DNA from: a virus
DNA: 64,000 nucleotides
Strand: one strand, 5' to 3'
Virus record (IMG/VR): IMGVR_UViG_3300020472_000018
Span: 11,930-75,929 of that record
Of the stretch, positions 1 to 11,989 are shown in pieces (the first letter of the stretch is position 1; each line of letters starts with the position of its first letter). A model generated the notes under the pieces. The model had not been told where the DNA came from. It did no database searches and was given only the letters and a program-made list of their open reading frames with translations. A program made the translations under genes and the position numbers.

Positions 1-1
1 T

Positions 2-424
2 AGCCTTGTTGGAGAGGGAGAAGGTGGAAATGGTAAGTTGGGATTATTAGAGAATGGTAATTTTGATATTATGGTTGATCAAACTGTAAGAATCACTGGT
101 GCTGCTAATAATCAAAGACCTGATGGTGGATCTGGAGTTGAAATTGTTTCTAAGGAAGGTGGAATTGATATTAATTGCCAGAAAGGAACTCTTAAAATAA
201 ATGCAGAGAATATAGAAATTACTTCTGCTTCTAATATAACATTTAAAGCTTTAGGGCAAATTAAACTTGATGCAGATCATGTTCATTTTGTGGTTAGGGA
301 TTTAGATATAGATCCAGGTCAAAAATTTCAAGGAAATTATAAAAAAGGTGATATTGTTGTTAGGGAAGCTGGTTATTTGTTTAAAGCATATACTGGAACC
401 GAAGTAGGAGAGTGGGGAACTTAG
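2..424 (+). CDS. Baseplate hub/spike (gp5 C-terminal-like) protein, 5' partial
   Basis: Frame is open from the window edge; short beta-strand repeats (IEITSASNITFKALGQIKLDA); upstream of fibre genes. Confidence 0.45.
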   Translation, partial: SLVGEGEGGNGKLGLLENGNFDIMVDQTVRITGAANNQRPDGGSGVEIVSKEGGIDINCQKGTLKINAENIEITSASNITFKALGQIKLDADHVHFVVRDLDIDPGQKFQGNYKKGDIVVREAGYLFKAYTGTEVGEWGT

Positions 425-3400
425 ATGACACAGGACACCAATTTTACAGGAATAAATGAAGGTGGGAATCATCAGGTAAGTAATGTTGCCGAATTTTATA
501 ATGACGTTCATGTTTATGGAAAATTATATGCTGATTTAGTTGGTGGATTATCTGGTGATGGTGATACATTAATAGTAACTAATTTAGAAGTTACTAAAAA
601 TGCTTTTTTTGGTGGTGATGTAACCATAGAAGGTCTTCTTGATACAGATTATCTTACAGTTTATCAAAGGTTAGATGTTGGTGCTGGTGGAACAGTTTTT
701 ACTGCTATTTCTACAACTAACGGTAGAGATGGATATGGACAAACTGGAGGTCGGGTTGGTATAGGTAGTACCCAACCAGATGCTTTGTTCCAAGTGGGTG
801 CAGGTGATACTTCTTTTGTTGTTACTGATTGGGGTAATGTTGGAGTGGGAACTACCATTCCTGGTGGAAAATTCCAGGTTGGATTGGAATGTTTAACAGT
901 TACTACTGATCCTTGTAGTGTTGGTATTGCAACTACACAACCACAGGATAAATTCCAAGTTAGTAGTGGAACACAAGGTGCTGTTATAAGTGATGCTGGA
1001 CAAGTTGGTGTAAGAACCTCTATGTTCGAGGGGACAGAAGTCTTTAAAGTAAATTCAACAGATAATTCGTTTGTTATTACTGATACAGGTAATGTTGGTA
1101 TAGGAAGTTTAGATCCTACTGCTATTCCTGGTTATGATGCAGCTACAGAAGGTATAATAAAATTAAATGTAGAAGGAACAGTTAAGATTGATAGAAATCT
1201 AATTGATTCTGCTGATTCTCCAGGTGCAAATGGATATTATTTGGCAAGAGATGGGAATGGTATAAGATGGCAACAAGCATCTCCCGTTTCTTTGGATGGA
1301 ATGTATGTTCAGGATGAAGGTGCTAATTTACCTACAAATGGAACTGCACAGTTATTCCAGTATTTAAATTTTGTAGAAATAGAGAGTCAAGGTCTTGGAG
1401 TAGATACATTACTTCCAATACCAGATCCAGTAAACCCAACTGCAGTTGCAAAGATTCAAACACAGGCTTTATGGGGTCATACTAATTCTACCAATACTTC
1501 TCCAATCTATAGGATGACTAAGGTTGGTATTCTTAATAATAATCCTCAAGTAGAATTAGATGTAAGTGGAGAACTTCATGTTACTCAGGCAGTTGATTTT
1601 GATGATACCTTAAATGTTGATGGTGATGTTACTCTTAATGCTAAAGTAGATGTAGATGGATTAGCAACATTTAATGATACTACTGATGCAAGTAGTACTA
1701 CAAGTGCATCTGTTCAATTAGATGGTGGACTTGGTGTTCAGAAGAAAGTATATATTGGTGGATCAACAAGGATTCAGGATACTACTGATTCTTCATCATG
1801 TAATACTGGTGCTTTAGTTGTATCTGGTGGTGTTGGCATAGGTAAAAATCTTCATGTTTGTGGTGAAGCTGATTTTGATAAGAGTGTTGTAATAGATGAT
1901 ACAACACAATCTGTAAACTGTACTACTGGTGCTTTAATAGTTAAGGGTGGTGTTGGTATTTCTAAGAATTTGAATGTTTGTGGTGATGCGGATATTTACA
2001 GTACAACACAGTCAACAGATAAGAATAGTGGTGCATTAGTTGTTGAAGGTGGTGTAGGAATTGAGAAGAATTTAAATGTAGGTCAGAATACAAAACTTAC
2101 TGGAACATTAGAATTAGAAAATCAAATAATTGATAAGTTTGATAGTAATGGTGTTGGTATATGTAAAACTGATTATAGGTTATCTACTTTTAGTACTGGT
2201 GTTGGTGTTGGGGTATCTTGGAGACCTTCTGGAGTTCAAACTAAGAGAACTATTTGGGTTACAAAGAATGGATGTGATAGTAATAGTGGATTATTAGAAG
2301 GTGATGCAAAAGCAACAATTGCTTCTGCAGCAGCAGTAGCACAGATGGGTGATACTATTAAAGTTCGTTCTGGTGTTTATTTTGAAGATAATCCAATTGG
2401 ATTAAATTATGATGTTGCCATTTCTGGTGAGGATTTAAGATTAGTTACTGTTGTTCCAAATAATACTGATAAAGATATATTCCATGTTAGAAATGGATGT
2501 TTAGTAGAAAATATGAGTTTTAAAGGATCTGATGGTGTGTTGACAACTCATCATGGTTTGGCAGCAGTAGCATTCCCACCAACAGATAATGCTAAAAAGG
2601 CAATTAATGGTTTTATTCAATTAGGTCCATCCAATGAAGGACCTAGTGGTAGATATAAGAGTCCATATGTTAGAAACTGTACTAACTTTATGACTGGTAG
2701 TATTGGTATGAAGATTGATGGTGATCATGTTAATGCTGCATATACTGGAACTAATAACTTAGGTCAGGATATTAAGAGTATGGTTTGTGATTCCTTTACT
2801 CAATATAATGAAGCAGGTATTGGTGTTTCAATTACTAATAAAGGATATGCTCAGTTAGTTTCTATCTTTACTATTGGATGTGAGAAAGCAATTTATGCTG
2901 ATAGTGGTGGACAATGTGATTTGACAAACTCTAACTCATCTTTTGGTACTTATGGATTAGTTTCTGATGGTACGAGTGGTGTAGAATTTGATGGAACTTT
3001 AAGTACCAAGATGGAAGCGGAAGCTGATAAGATAGTTGTTACCAACTGCCAAGATCAAAGTAATAATAATAGGACTCCTTTTGATGGGCAGGGTGCATAC
3101 TTCCATTTAGATATGAATGATTATCCAGATACCATTTCAACTGCATCAATAACTTCACCAATGCAGATTATTAGATCTATTAATGTTGTTAATGGTGGTA
3201 ATCCTGGTGATTATGCTGCATCTGCACCACCTCTTATTACTGCTACTCTTCCAGATGGTCCAGAATCAATTATTGCAGAATTTTCTCCCAATGTAAGTGC
3301 TGCTGGAACAATTACATCTGTGGATGTTATTTCTAGTGGTAGAAATTTCTTACCCACACAAAGTATTGTTATAAGTATATCTGGGTCTGGTGCTGCACAA

Positions 3401-3817
3401 TTAACTGCAGATATGGACCCCATTTTATATACTGTTGATGAAGCAACAGAAGTTACTTCTAGTGGTGGAACAACAGTAACCTTTAATGAATTTATTCCTT
3501 ATGAAATAAAATCTACTGCAAAGGTTGAATTTGTAAGATTAAGTAGGATTATAACCAGTTCACATTCATTTGAATATGTGGGTGCTGGTGTAGACCTAAA
3601 TACAGCTAACCCATTCCAAGCTGGAAAACCAGTGCCAGAAAATGAAGTTATTGCCATTAATGGTGGTCAAGTTCCTTTCACAAGTACGGATCAAAAAGGT
3701 AACTTTAGAATTGGTGATGGTTTGACTATTGATCAGACAACGTCTACAATACGTGGTAGAGATTTCAATAGAGCAATACAAGCACAATTAACACCACTGA
3801 TATTAGCACTTAGATAA
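425..3817 (+). CDS. Tail fibre / virion structural protein
   Basis: VGIGST..P fibre repeats, GALVVxGGVGIxKNL repeats, C-terminal GQVPFTSTDQKGNFRIG domain typical of cyanomyovirus fibres. Confidence 0.8.
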   Translation: MTQDTNFTGINEGGNHQVSNVAEFYNDVHVYGKLYADLVGGLSGDGDTLIVTNLEVTKNAFFGGDVTIEGLLDTDYLTVYQRLDVGAGGTVFTAISTTNGRDGYGQTGGRVGIGSTQPDALFQVGAGDTSFVVTDWGNVGVGTTIPGGKFQVGLECLTVTTDPCSVGIATTQPQDKFQVSSGTQGAVISDAGQVGVRTSMFEGTEVFKVNSTDNSFVITDTGNVGIGSLDPTAIPGYDAATEGIIKLNVEGTVKIDRNLIDSADSPGANGYYLARDGNGIRWQQASPVSLDGMYVQDEGANLPTNGTAQLFQYLNFVEIESQGLGVDTLLPIPDPVNPTAVAKIQTQALWGHTNSTNTSPIYRMTKVGILNNNPQVELDVSGELHVTQAVDFDDTLNVDGDVTLNAKVDVDGLATFNDTTDASSTTSASVQLDGGLGVQKKVYIGGSTRIQDTTDSSSCNTGALVVSGGVGIGKNLHVCGEADFDKSVVIDDTTQSVNCTTGALIVKGGVGISKNLNVCGDADIYSTTQSTDKNSGALVVEGGVGIEKNLNVGQNTKLTGTLELENQIIDKFDSNGVGICKTDYRLSTFSTGVGVGVSWRPSGVQTKRTIWVTKNGCDSNSGLLEGDAKATIASAAAVAQMGDTIKVRSGVYFEDNPIGLNYDVAISGEDLRLVTVVPNNTDKDIFHVRNGCLVENMSFKGSDGVLTTHHGLAAVAFPPTDNAKKAINGFIQLGPSNEGPSGRYKSPYVRNCTNFMTGSIGMKIDGDHVNAAYTGTNNLGQDIKSMVCDSFTQYNEAGIGVSITNKGYAQLVSIFTIGCEKAIYADSGGQCDLTNSNSSFGTYGLVSDGTSGVEFDGTLSTKMEAEADKIVVTNCQDQSNNNRTPFDGQGAYFHLDMNDYPDTISTASITSPMQIIRSINVVNGGNPGDYAASAPPLITATLPDGPESIIAEFSPNVSAAGTITSVDVISSGRNFLPTQSIVISISGSGAAQLTADMDPILYTVDEATEVTSSGGTTVTFNEFIPYEIKSTAKVEFVRLSRIITSSHSFEYVGAGVDLNTANPFQAGKPVPENEVIAINGGQVPFTSTDQKGNFRIGDGLTIDQTTSTIRGRDFNRAIQAQLTPLILALR

Positions 3818-3818
3818 T

Positions 3819-4811
3819 ATGGCAATTGCACCAGTAAATAAGTTTATTAATATTGCTGTTCCTGTTGCACCAGGAGTACAGAAACTTTATGAGGTTCCTA
3901 CAGGAACTTCTGCATTATTGTTATATGCACAAGTATCTAATGTTGCTGTTGGAACAACTTATCCTACAACTACATTTTGGCAGAGAAGAACGCAGAGAAG
4001 TACTGGTAGTACAAGAGATGTAAGAGTAATAAAATCAGCAGAAATACCACCACAGGATGCATTAATAATGGTGGATGGTAGAATTGTATTAGAAAAAACT
4101 CCTTTAGTAGTTGATAGTTTATTCATTAGAGGAACACAACAAGGAGTTGGTATTATTACTGATGTTCAATATGATGAACCATCAGGAATTGCTACAGTTC
4201 ATACTGAGATAAAGCATGGATTTAGTGCTGGTGATCAGATTAGTATGGGTGGTATGTATTTCACTTGTGCTTCTTATTCTGGTATAACAACTAATATTTT
4301 TCCAGATCCTCAGAGATCTTATACTATTGATCAGATTCAAGGTAATGTAGGAACATCAAAAACATTTTCAATTGATATTGGTGGTGCTGGTGGAAATGCT
4401 CATACCTATAATTCAGCAATACATAGATTTGTTAGAGCAGCTACTGAATGTGTAGAAGTTGTTTCCAGTTCAAACTATACTGCTGGTGATAAATTTAATG
4501 TAAGTAATGCAAGTTATGAAGGATCTACTGGAGAATTAGTTTTAACTTTAGGTGCAAATAATCTTCAAGCAAATGATACAATAAAAATTGCAGATAATTC
4601 TTTAGTATTTACTTGCACTATGGATAATAATTATAGTGAACATTCTTATCCAAGATCAACAGATCCAGCATTTAATACTCCATTAACACTTGCTATTGCT
4701 ATTGCAAATGAATCAATTAGGGTTCAAGTTGGTAAGTCAAGTGCTGGTGGATTTGTTGCTCCATTAGAAATGGAGTTAATCGCAAGTATTCTAGAGAATA
4801 GTAATGTCTAA
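3819..4811 (+). CDS. Virion structural protein (fibre-associated)
   Basis: 330 aa, two internal beta-rich repeats, tightly packed in the late block. Confidence 0.6.
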   Translation: MAIAPVNKFINIAVPVAPGVQKLYEVPTGTSALLLYAQVSNVAVGTTYPTTTFWQRRTQRSTGSTRDVRVIKSAEIPPQDALIMVDGRIVLEKTPLVVDSLFIRGTQQGVGIITDVQYDEPSGIATVHTEIKHGFSAGDQISMGGMYFTCASYSGITTNIFPDPQRSYTIDQIQGNVGTSKTFSIDIGGAGGNAHTYNSAIHRFVRAATECVEVVSSSNYTAGDKFNVSNASYEGSTGELVLTLGANNLQANDTIKIADNSLVFTCTMDNNYSEHSYPRSTDPAFNTPLTLAIAIANESIRVQVGKSSAGGFVAPLEMELIASILENSNV

Positions 4812-6621
4812 GCGATATTTGAGTGGTCGGGTTAAGAGAACCCCACAAGACCAATTAAAAGATGATAGGTATAAGTATCTCGGATTAGAACAGGCAGAAC
4901 CTAATCTTGCAGATCCTGGTACAACACCACCAGTTCCTTCTGGACAGCAATATCAGTTAGTTGCTATTCCTGCGTTTCCAGGTAAAAGATATTGGGTTCC
5001 TGTTGGTGGTGGATTAATTCCAGGTGCTATTAGTGTATATGATGAAGGTATTCTTGTTAGTGCTGCAAGTAGTATTACCCAACTTAATTTTGTTGGAGCA
5101 GCAGTAACTGCTGCAGCAGATCCTCAACATCCTTCAGGGCATCCAGGTATTGCTGCAACTGTAACTGTTATACCTGTTACTATTGGTTCTGATCCTCCAG
5201 TTAATCCAAATCATGGAGAGTTATGGTGGGAAGATGATATAGGTGATTTATGTATTTGGTATGATGATGGTGATAGTAGTCAGTGGGTTACTGTAGTTGC
5301 TAGTGGAAATGGAGGAGGTCCTACAGGTCCTGCAGGTCCTCCAGGTGGTCCAGGTGCTCCAGGTGGTGGCGGTCCTGCTGGTCCTCCAGGTCCTCCAGGT
5401 TCAGATGGTCCAGTAGGACCAGGTGGAACAGGACCTACTGGTCCTCCAGGTCCTCCAGGATCAAGTGGTCCTACAGGTCCAGCAGGTGGTCCTCCAGGTC
5501 CCGTAGGTCCTCCAGGTCCAACAGGTACTCCAGGATCTGATGGTGCTGATGGCGATACTGGTCCTCCAGGTCCTGCTGGTCCTCCAGGTCCCGATGGTCC
5601 TACAGGTGGATCAGGTCCTACAGGTGGTCCAGGTCCTACAGGTCCTCCAGGTCCAGATGGTCCTACTGGTCCTGCTGGTGGTCCTCCAGGTCCCGATGGT
5701 CCTCCAGGTCCTCCAGGAACAACAGGTGGATCAGGTCCTCCAGGTCCAGATGGTCCCGCAGGTCCTCCAGGTCCAGCAGGTGGTCCTCCAGGTCCTGATG
5801 GTCCAGATGGTCCCGCAGGTCCTCCAGGTCCCGATGGTCCTCCAGGTCCAGGTGGTCCTCCAGGTGCAGGTGGTGGTTCTGGTATTCCAACTGGTGCAAT
5901 TTTAATATGGTCTGGTGCTGCAAATGCTATTCCTTCTGGATGGGTATTATGTGATGGAAATAATAGTACTCCAAATTTAACAAATAGATTTGTTGTTGGT
6001 TCTGGTGCTAGTTACTCAGTTAATGATACTGGTGGTAGTGCTAATTCAGTAGTTGTATCACATAACCACGGTGCTAATGTTAATATTAGTGGTGGAGGTG
6101 CTCATACACACTCATTCTCAGATTCCTTTACTGCATCTGGATCTCACTCTCATAGTTTTTCAGATTCTTTCTCTGCATCTGGATCTCACTCTCATACTTT
6201 CTCTGGATCTAATTCACACAGCCACGGTTTAAATTTAAGCGATTCTGCTCACCAACATACTACTGCAATACCTTCTGGATCTCAGGGTATTGATACTGAT
6301 AGTCATGGTCATGATATGAGCATTTATTCAGGTGCTACCAATTCTTCATCTTGGGGTGCAACTGCTAATGTTAGTGGTACTGTTTCATCATCCTCAATTT
6401 CTGTTTCTGGAAATACAAGTAGTCAAAGTGTAAGTATTTCTGGATCTGTTTCTGGAAATACAAGTAATGAAAGTGTAAGTATTTCTGGATCTGTTTCTGG
6501 AACTACTGGTTCTGGTGGTAGTGGTGTAAGTGGATCAGCAACAATTGATTCTGAAGGTGTTACAGGAACGAATAAGAATCTTCCTCCATATTATGCACTA
6601 TGTTACATCATGAAAACTTAA
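4804..6621 (+). CDS. Collagen-like tail fibre with tail-collar-like domain and HxH-rich tip
   Basis: [13 protein letters not shown] module, long Gly-X-Y run, [22 protein letters not shown] collar motif, 7 HxH motifs, [13 protein letters not shown] end. Confidence 0.85.
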   Translation: MSKRYLSGRVKRTPQDQLKDDRYKYLGLEQAEPNLADPGTTPPVPSGQQYQLVAIPAFPGKRYWVPVGGGLIPGAISVYDEGILVSAASSITQLNFVGAAVTAAADPQHPSGHPGIAATVTVIPVTIGSDPPVNPNHGELWWEDDIGDLCIWYDDGDSSQWVTVVASGNGGGPTGPAGPPGGPGAPGGGGPAGPPGPPGSDGPVGPGGTGPTGPPGPPGSSGPTGPAGGPPGPVGPPGPTGTPGSDGADGDTGPPGPAGPPGPDGPTGGSGPTGGPGPTGPPGPDGPTGPAGGPPGPDGPPGPPGTTGGSGPPGPDGPAGPPGPAGGPPGPDGPDGPAGPPGPDGPPGPGGPPGAGGGSGIPTGAILIWSGAANAIPSGWVLCDGNNSTPNLTNRFVVGSGASYSVNDTGGSANSVVVSHNHGANVNISGGGAHTHSFSDSFTASGSHSHSFSDSFSASGSHSHTFSGSNSHSHGLNLSDSAHQHTTAIPSGSQGIDTDSHGHDMSIYSGATNSSSWGATANVSGTVSSSSISVSGNTSSQSVSISGSVSGNTSNESVSISGSVSGTTGSGGSGVSGSATIDSEGVTGTNKNLPPYYALCYIMKT

Positions 6622-6622
6622 A

Positions 6623-6629
6623 ATAAATA
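6623..6629 (+). promoter_or_regulatory. T4-like late promoter
   Basis: ATAAATA about 20 nt before the 6650 start. Confidence 0.55.
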
Positions 6630-6649
6630 AAGAGGTATATTAATATTTA

Positions 6650-8275
6650 ATGTCAGGACATACTCCCAGAATTGATTTTCCAGCTAATCCCAATGTAGGA
6701 GAAGATTACTCCTATAATAACTCCATTTGGAGATGGGATGGATATGTGTGGAGAAGAATTCCTGATCCTGGTGCTCCAGGTCCAACAGGTCCTGCAGGTC
6801 CTCCTGGTTTTACTGGTCCCACAGGTCCCACAGGTCCCGATGGTCCTGTAGGACCTCCTGGTCCTGCTGGTGGTCCTCCAGGTCCTCCAGGTAATGATGG
6901 AACTCCTGGTCCTCCAGGTGGAGATGGTCCTCCAGGTATTGGTGGTCCTACTGGTCCTCCAGGTAATGATGGTCCTCCAGGTCCTCCAGGTCCTAATGGT
7001 GTTGGAACTCCTGGTCCTCCAGGTAATGATGGTCCCACAGGTCCTACTGGTCCCACAGGTCCTACTGGTCCTCCTGGTCAAAATCAAGGTCCAGCAGTTA
7101 CTGAAGTATTTGTAAAACAATATAAGCAAGATGGCGTAGAACGAAGTTGTGAAAGTCCTGTTTTTGTCACTGGTGGTGATACAATTGGGATTGGATCGAC
7201 AAGTAATGCTTACGGAAATAGATTTGCTCAAAATGATGATCCAACAACGGCTCCTGGTGGTAGTTGGAATGTTTGTGATGGAGATTTATGGTATGATTTA
7301 GATTCTGGTGCTGGTGGTGGTCCTGGTCCTGCTGGTCCTCCTGGACCTCCTGGTCCTCCTGGTGGTGGACCTCCTGGACCTCCTGGTCCTCCAGGAAATG
7401 ATGGTGGTGTTGGTGGAGATGGTCCTCCTGGACCTCCTGGTCCTCCTGGATCTGGTGGATCAGGTGGTGCTAATGTAACCACTGATGATAATCCACCTAG
7501 TAATCCTACTGATGGAGATCTTTGGTGGGATTCGGCTAATGGTCGATTAAATGTATATTATGATGATGTTGATAGTTCACAATGGGTTAGTGCTAGTGCT
7601 GCAGGAGTTGGACCTGATGGTCCTGCTGGTCCTCCAGGTAATGCTGGTCCCCCAGGTCCTCCAGGATCTGGTGGTGCAACTGATAAAATAGAAGAAGGTA
7701 ATACTTCTGTTGAAACTATTGATACTGGTACTAACGGTAAGATTATTTTTGAAACAGAAGGAAGTGATAGGTGGGAAATTAGTAGTGCTGGTCATCTTCT
7801 TCCAGTAGATCATGAAGATTATGATATAGGATCAGCATCTAGAAAGGTAAGACATTTATTCTTATCTGATAACAGTATAAAATTTGTTAAGAGTGATAAT
7901 ACAGTTAATTCATTAGGCATATACACAGGCACTGATGCATTAACTTGGACTGGATCATACGGTGCTATGAGACTAGGTGGACATATTATCCCTACATCAA
8001 ATGCAGTATATGATCTAGGTAATGCAGAATATAAGATTAGACATTTATTCTTATCAGATAATAGTTTAAAATTCGTAGGTGCTGATGATGTAGTACGTGC
8101 GGTTGGTATTACCAATGGCAATTTAACCTATATGGGTAATCAATTATTAACAGTTTCTCTTGATAGTCCTCAAGCTGGACATATTTTAGAGTATAATGGT
8201 ACAGTATGGGCGAATAAGGTTAATAGTGGTTCTGCAACATCTCCATTTGAAAGTAATTGGCATATGCCACTCTAA
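6650..8275 (+). CDS. Collagen-like fibre protein
   Basis: N-terminal DFP..WRWDG..W module, Gly-X-Y runs, GDLWWDS..SSQWV module, duplicated RHLFLSDNS repeat, C-terminal PFESNW peptide. Confidence 0.85.
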   Translation: MSGHTPRIDFPANPNVGEDYSYNNSIWRWDGYVWRRIPDPGAPGPTGPAGPPGFTGPTGPTGPDGPVGPPGPAGGPPGPPGNDGTPGPPGGDGPPGIGGPTGPPGNDGPPGPPGPNGVGTPGPPGNDGPTGPTGPTGPTGPPGQNQGPAVTEVFVKQYKQDGVERSCESPVFVTGGDTIGIGSTSNAYGNRFAQNDDPTTAPGGSWNVCDGDLWYDLDSGAGGGPGPAGPPGPPGPPGGGPPGPPGPPGNDGGVGGDGPPGPPGPPGSGGSGGANVTTDDNPPSNPTDGDLWWDSANGRLNVYYDDVDSSQWVSASAAGVGPDGPAGPPGNAGPPGPPGSGGATDKIEEGNTSVETIDTGTNGKIIFETEGSDRWEISSAGHLLPVDHEDYDIGSASRKVRHLFLSDNSIKFVKSDNTVNSLGIYTGTDALTWTGSYGAMRLGGHIIPTSNAVYDLGNAEYKIRHLFLSDNSLKFVGADDVVRAVGITNGNLTYMGNQLLTVSLDSPQAGHILEYNGTVWANKVNSGSATSPFESNWHMPL

Positions 8276-8299
8276 ATAGTAAACAGGAATTTAAAGATT
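8272..8299 (+). promoter_or_regulatory. Late promoter/RBS junction motif, copy 1
   Basis: CTAAATAGTAAACAGG..ATT-ATG. Confidence 0.6.
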
Positions 8300-8698
8300 A
8301 TGGCAGCAACAATCTATAACGGAGTAATGCAGGGTACGGGAGCAGATCATACACAAACTCTCTATACTAACAATACAGGTGGAAATGTTAGATTAATATT
8401 TAATTACTTTCAAACTGGTGCAGCAAGTCCTGGAATTTTTCGTATCTATATTGGAACAACAAGTGCTCCTACCCATCCTAGTGGTGGTGATCTTGATACA
8501 ATGGAGCTTAATCCACCTAGTAATACTATATACGGAAAAAATATGATCAATAATCCTATAAATGAAGCAGGTAATGCTTGGCCTACTGAATTAATGTTAG
8601 CTAATAATAATTCCATTTGGGTAAGAATGCCTACACAGATTCATAATTATAATACGGCAATAATTTATAATTTTACGGTAGTACCAGAGACTAACTGA
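8300..8698 (+). CDS. Small variable fibre-associated protein (paralog 1)
   Basis: MAAT..NG..YTNNTGGNVR..NY start and YNFTVVPE end shared with 9193 and 12779. Confidence 0.7.
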   Translation: MAATIYNGVMQGTGADHTQTLYTNNTGGNVRLIFNYFQTGAASPGIFRIYIGTTSAPTHPSGGDLDTMELNPPSNTIYGKNMINNPINEAGNAWPTELMLANNNSIWVRMPTQIHNYNTAIIYNFTVVPETN

Positions 8699-9168
8699 TG
8701 GCAGTAAATTTTCCAAATAGTCCTTCAACTAACGACACCCACACCGAGAATAGTTTAACTTGGAAGTGGGATGGGACTACCTGGATTATTCAATCTGTTG
8801 CACCTCCTGGTCCTGCTGGTCCTCCAGGTCCTCCTGGTAACGATGGTAATGATGGTAATGATGGTACTCCAGGATCTGATGGTAACGATGGTACTCCAGG
8901 TGGTGCAGGACCTCCTGGTCCTCCTGGTTCTCCAGGACCTCCTGGATCTGGGGGTGGTGCTAGTGTAACTACTGATGATACTCCTCCAACTTCACCTAAT
9001 GATGGTGATCTTTGGTGGGATTCTGAAGAAGGAGTTTTAAATGTGTATTATGAGGATGCTAATAGTTCTCAATGGGTTAATGCTTCTGGTAGGGGTAATA
9101 TAGATCTATCATCTATTAAATCTCCAAATCTTTTATTCCAAAGTCAGAATTGGAATATACCTTTCTAA
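8698..9168 (+). CDS. Short collagen-like fibre/adaptor protein
   Basis: N-terminal NFP..WKWDG module, Gly-X-Y run, GDLWWDS module, C-terminal FQSQNW peptide. Confidence 0.8.
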   Translation: MAVNFPNSPSTNDTHTENSLTWKWDGTTWIIQSVAPPGPAGPPGPPGNDGNDGNDGTPGSDGNDGTPGGAGPPGPPGSPGPPGSGGGASVTTDDTPPTSPNDGDLWWDSEEGVLNVYYEDANSSQWVNASGRGNIDLSSIKSPNLLFQSQNWNIPF

Positions 9169-9192
9169 ATATTAAACAGGGATTATAAAATT
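9165..9192 (+). promoter_or_regulatory. Late promoter/RBS junction motif, copy 2
   Basis: CTAAATATTAAACAGG..ATT-ATG. Confidence 0.6.
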
Positions 9193-9579
9193 ATGGCAGC
9201 AACAGTACATAACGGATCTATAACACCAGGTAGCACTTATACTTATGTTAATAATACTAATAAAAATGTAAGGATTGTTATTAATTATCTGTGGTTTGGA
9301 CAATCTGGTAGTAATCCTTGGCTGTATATTGGAACGGGACAAGGTCAAAATGGTGATGCTACAACAATAGCTATTGAATTACTTGCTGGACAGGCATATG
9401 GAAAACAACTTGGTTTTATTAGAGGTGATGATCATACAGCAATTCAAGCACAAGGTCCACAAGGTTTTCATTGTCCTCTAGAGTTTTTTCTAGCTGAAGG
9501 AATGCATTTTATTATAGAGATATTAGGTAATCATAATAAAAATACAATGTTTAATTTTGTAGCAATAACTGAAGATTAA
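9193..9579 (+). CDS. Small variable fibre-associated protein (paralog 2)
   Basis: YVNNTNKNVRIVINY and FNFVAITE motifs. Confidence 0.7.
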   Translation: MAATVHNGSITPGSTYTYVNNTNKNVRIVINYLWFGQSGSNPWLYIGTGQGQNGDATTIAIELLAGQAYGKQLGFIRGDDHTAIQAQGPQGFHCPLEFFLAEGMHFIIEILGNHNKNTMFNFVAITED

Positions 9580-9581
9580 TA

Positions 9582-10526
9582 ATGGCAATAGATTTTCCTG
9601 CGAGTCCTAGTACCAATGATACCCATACTCATAATGGGTTGACTTGGACTTTTGATGGGACAACGTGGAAAATAAACACAACAGTTCAGAGTGGTTCAAC
9701 TACATTTACAGGTTTAACAGATACACCTTCAAGTTATACTAGTCACGGTAGTAAATTTGTTAAGGTTAATAGTGCTACTAATGCATTAGAATTTGATTCT
9801 GCTGGTGGTGGAGTAACAGATGGTGATAAAGGAGATATTACAGTATCAAACTCTGGTGCAACTTGGAATATTGATGCTAGTACTATTGGTACTACTGAAT
9901 TATCTGCAACAGGAACAAAAGATGCTACAACATATTTGAGAGGAGATAATACTTGGCAAACTATAAGTAGTGGTGCTAGTGTAACTACATCTGATACACC
10001 ACCTTCTAGTCCTAGTGATGGTGATCTTTGGTGGGATTCACAAAATGGTAGATTACTTGTATATTATGAGGACGCTAATAGTTCTCAGTGGGTTGATGCT
10101 TCAGGTAGAGGTGTAAATAATTCTGTTTCACAGGAGACTGGAACATTCAGTTTAACATTAAGTCCTAATTGTCAAAATGCTGCAGTTAGTACTGGTAATT
10201 ATGTAAAGACTGGTAATATGGTTACTGTTGATTTTAATGTATATCATAATGGTGGAACTGCTGGAGATACCAATTTACGATGGGGTGGACAGAATCAATA
10301 TTTTACAATAAATGATACTTCATTACGTCCTGTGGCTACAGCAGGACTTTTCTACAATAGAAGATATTTTGATTGCCCACCTGGCAATGTTACTGGTACA
10401 TTAGGGGTGTGGGTAGGTACTTGTGGTGTTACTCCTACTGGTGAAATATATACTTCTAGTTCAATGGCAGCAGGACCAGGACAATATGGAATATATTATT
10501 TTAGTGGTAGTTGGAGGGTAGCATAA
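9582..10526 (+). CDS. Fibre protein with globular C-terminal tip
   Basis: N-terminal DFP module, GLTDTP module, DGDKGDITVS, GDLWWDS module, YVKTGNMVTV tip domain. Confidence 0.75.
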   Translation: MAIDFPASPSTNDTHTHNGLTWTFDGTTWKINTTVQSGSTTFTGLTDTPSSYTSHGSKFVKVNSATNALEFDSAGGGVTDGDKGDITVSNSGATWNIDASTIGTTELSATGTKDATTYLRGDNTWQTISSGASVTTSDTPPSSPSDGDLWWDSQNGRLLVYYEDANSSQWVDASGRGVNNSVSQETGTFSLTLSPNCQNAAVSTGNYVKTGNMVTVDFNVYHNGGTAGDTNLRWGGQNQYFTINDTSLRPVATAGLFYNRRYFDCPPGNVTGTLGVWVGTCGVTPTGEIYTSSSMAAGPGQYGIYYFSGSWRVA

Positions 10527-11989
10527 TGGCAATAGATTTTCCTACAAGTCCTAGTCTTAATGCCACTCATAGTCATAATGGTTTAATTTGGAAGTGGGAT
10601 GGTACATCTTGGATTTTACAAACAACTATACAATCTGGTGTAACTCAAATACCACCTATGGTTAATGTTGCAGACTATGGAGCACTTCCAAGTGCTAGTG
10701 GTGCAGCAAATAGAACTGGTATTGAAAATGCTATTAACTCATTAGCATCTACGGGAGGAATGGTTTATATTCCTACAGGAACTTATGATATAACAGGTAC
10801 TATATTATTAGATAGTGGAACTTTGGGTGATGGTGGTGGTATAAGTATTATTGGTGCAACTGAGAATTATAGAATTAGTGCTGCTGATGCTGAAGGCACT
10901 TTGCTAAGATCTACTGATGCTGGTAGTGATATAATCAAAGTAAATAACGTAAGAAATGTAACTTTTGCCAACTTAGCATTTGATCATAAAGACGGCACAC
11001 CTAGAAATGGTGGAAATGCTATTCATTGTTATTCTAATGTAAATACTCAACAAATTAGAATGGATAGGATTTATATCCGAAATCAATTTGGTGGTATTAA
11101 AATGGATGGACATTCCATTTCAACATTCAGAGATATAGAGATTAGAGATATTGTAAATGAAGGTGGTTCTTTTGGAATGTTATTCAGTGCTTCTGCTGGT
11201 GGATCGGAAAGAGTTGATCAGATAAGATGTGAGAATGTTTTAATTGATGGTGTGATTAGTGGAAGTCCACATCCAACTGCAAATGGATTATGGGTTAAGG
11301 ATTTTGTAAATTCAATATGGTTCCTTAATTGTGTATCTAATCGTTGTAATAAAGGATTATTAATGGATGCAACTGTTCCTAGTGGAGATACAGGTAATCC
11401 TGGTTCATTCTTTAGAATAAATGATTGTGATTTTGATACTAATAATTCATATGGTATTGAGATTGCTGGTGGTAGTTTTATATGGATTAATAACCCATAT
11501 ATAAGTAGTAATCTTATTAATGGTTTGAGAACTAGTTCGACTTTTAGTGGTGTTTTAAGATTGAATGCTGCAGATTGTAGAGGTAATGGTCAGCACGGAA
11601 TTTATATTCGCTCTGATCAACATAAAAAAATTCATATAAGAGACTCTCAGTGTTCTTATAATTCTGCATCTAATACCAATGCTTATGATGGACTTCATAT
11701 ATACGATGATGGTGCTGCATCTGTAAATCAATCTGATATAATGATTGATGGTGGACAGTATGGTGGAGATATGATGGGAGGCATTAATGATGGTGGTGGT
11801 GGTCCTGGAACAACACAGAGGTATGGAATTAATTTTACTGCTAATATTAAATACAAAAGAATCATTATTAATAATGTAGATTGTTCTGCAAATTTAACAG
11901 GATCACATAGATTTACAGTTGGTAATGGAACTGATAATATGATTCATAATGTTATTCCATTCCACGGATCACACTCAGGTGCTCATTAA
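10526..11989 (+). CDS. Tailspike-like right-handed beta-helix (pectate-lyase-like) protein
   Basis: N-terminal DFP module followed by [23 protein letters not shown] and Asn-ladder repeats; ATG overlaps the upstream stop (TAATG). Confidence 0.8.
   Translation: MAIDFPTSPSLNATHSHNGLIWKWDGTSWILQTTIQSGVTQIPPMVNVADYGALPSASGAANRTGIENAINSLASTGGMVYIPTGTYDITGTILLDSGTLGDGGGISIIGATENYRISAADAEGTLLRSTDAGSDIIKVNNVRNVTFANLAFDHKDGTPRNGGNAIHCYSNVNTQQIRMDRIYIRNQFGGIKMDGHSISTFRDIEIRDIVNEGGSFGMLFSASAGGSERVDQIRCENVLIDGVISGSPHPTANGLWVKDFVNSIWFLNCVSNRCNKGLLMDATVPSGDTGNPGSFFRINDCDFDTNNSYGIEIAGGSFIWINNPYISSNLINGLRTSSTFSGVLRLNAADCRGNGQHGIYIRSDQHKKIHIRDSQCSYNSASNTNAYDGLHIYDDGAASVNQSDIMIDGGQYGGDMMGGINDGGGGPGTTQRYGINFTANIKYKRIIINNVDCSANLTGSHRFTVGNGTDNMIHNVIPFHGSHSGAH

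Noticed and set aside
5320-5880. Repeat tracts as a CRISPR array or satellite
   Set aside because: They are 9-bp codon-phase coding repeats with no repeat-spacer structure and no cas genes.
8273-9192. Stop-codon readthrough fusing fibre and tip genes (the 24-nt gaps are open and in frame: IVNRNLKI, ILNRDYKI)
   Set aside because: The third homologous junction (12751-12778) is 25 nt and out of frame; promoter/RBS conservation explains the pattern better.
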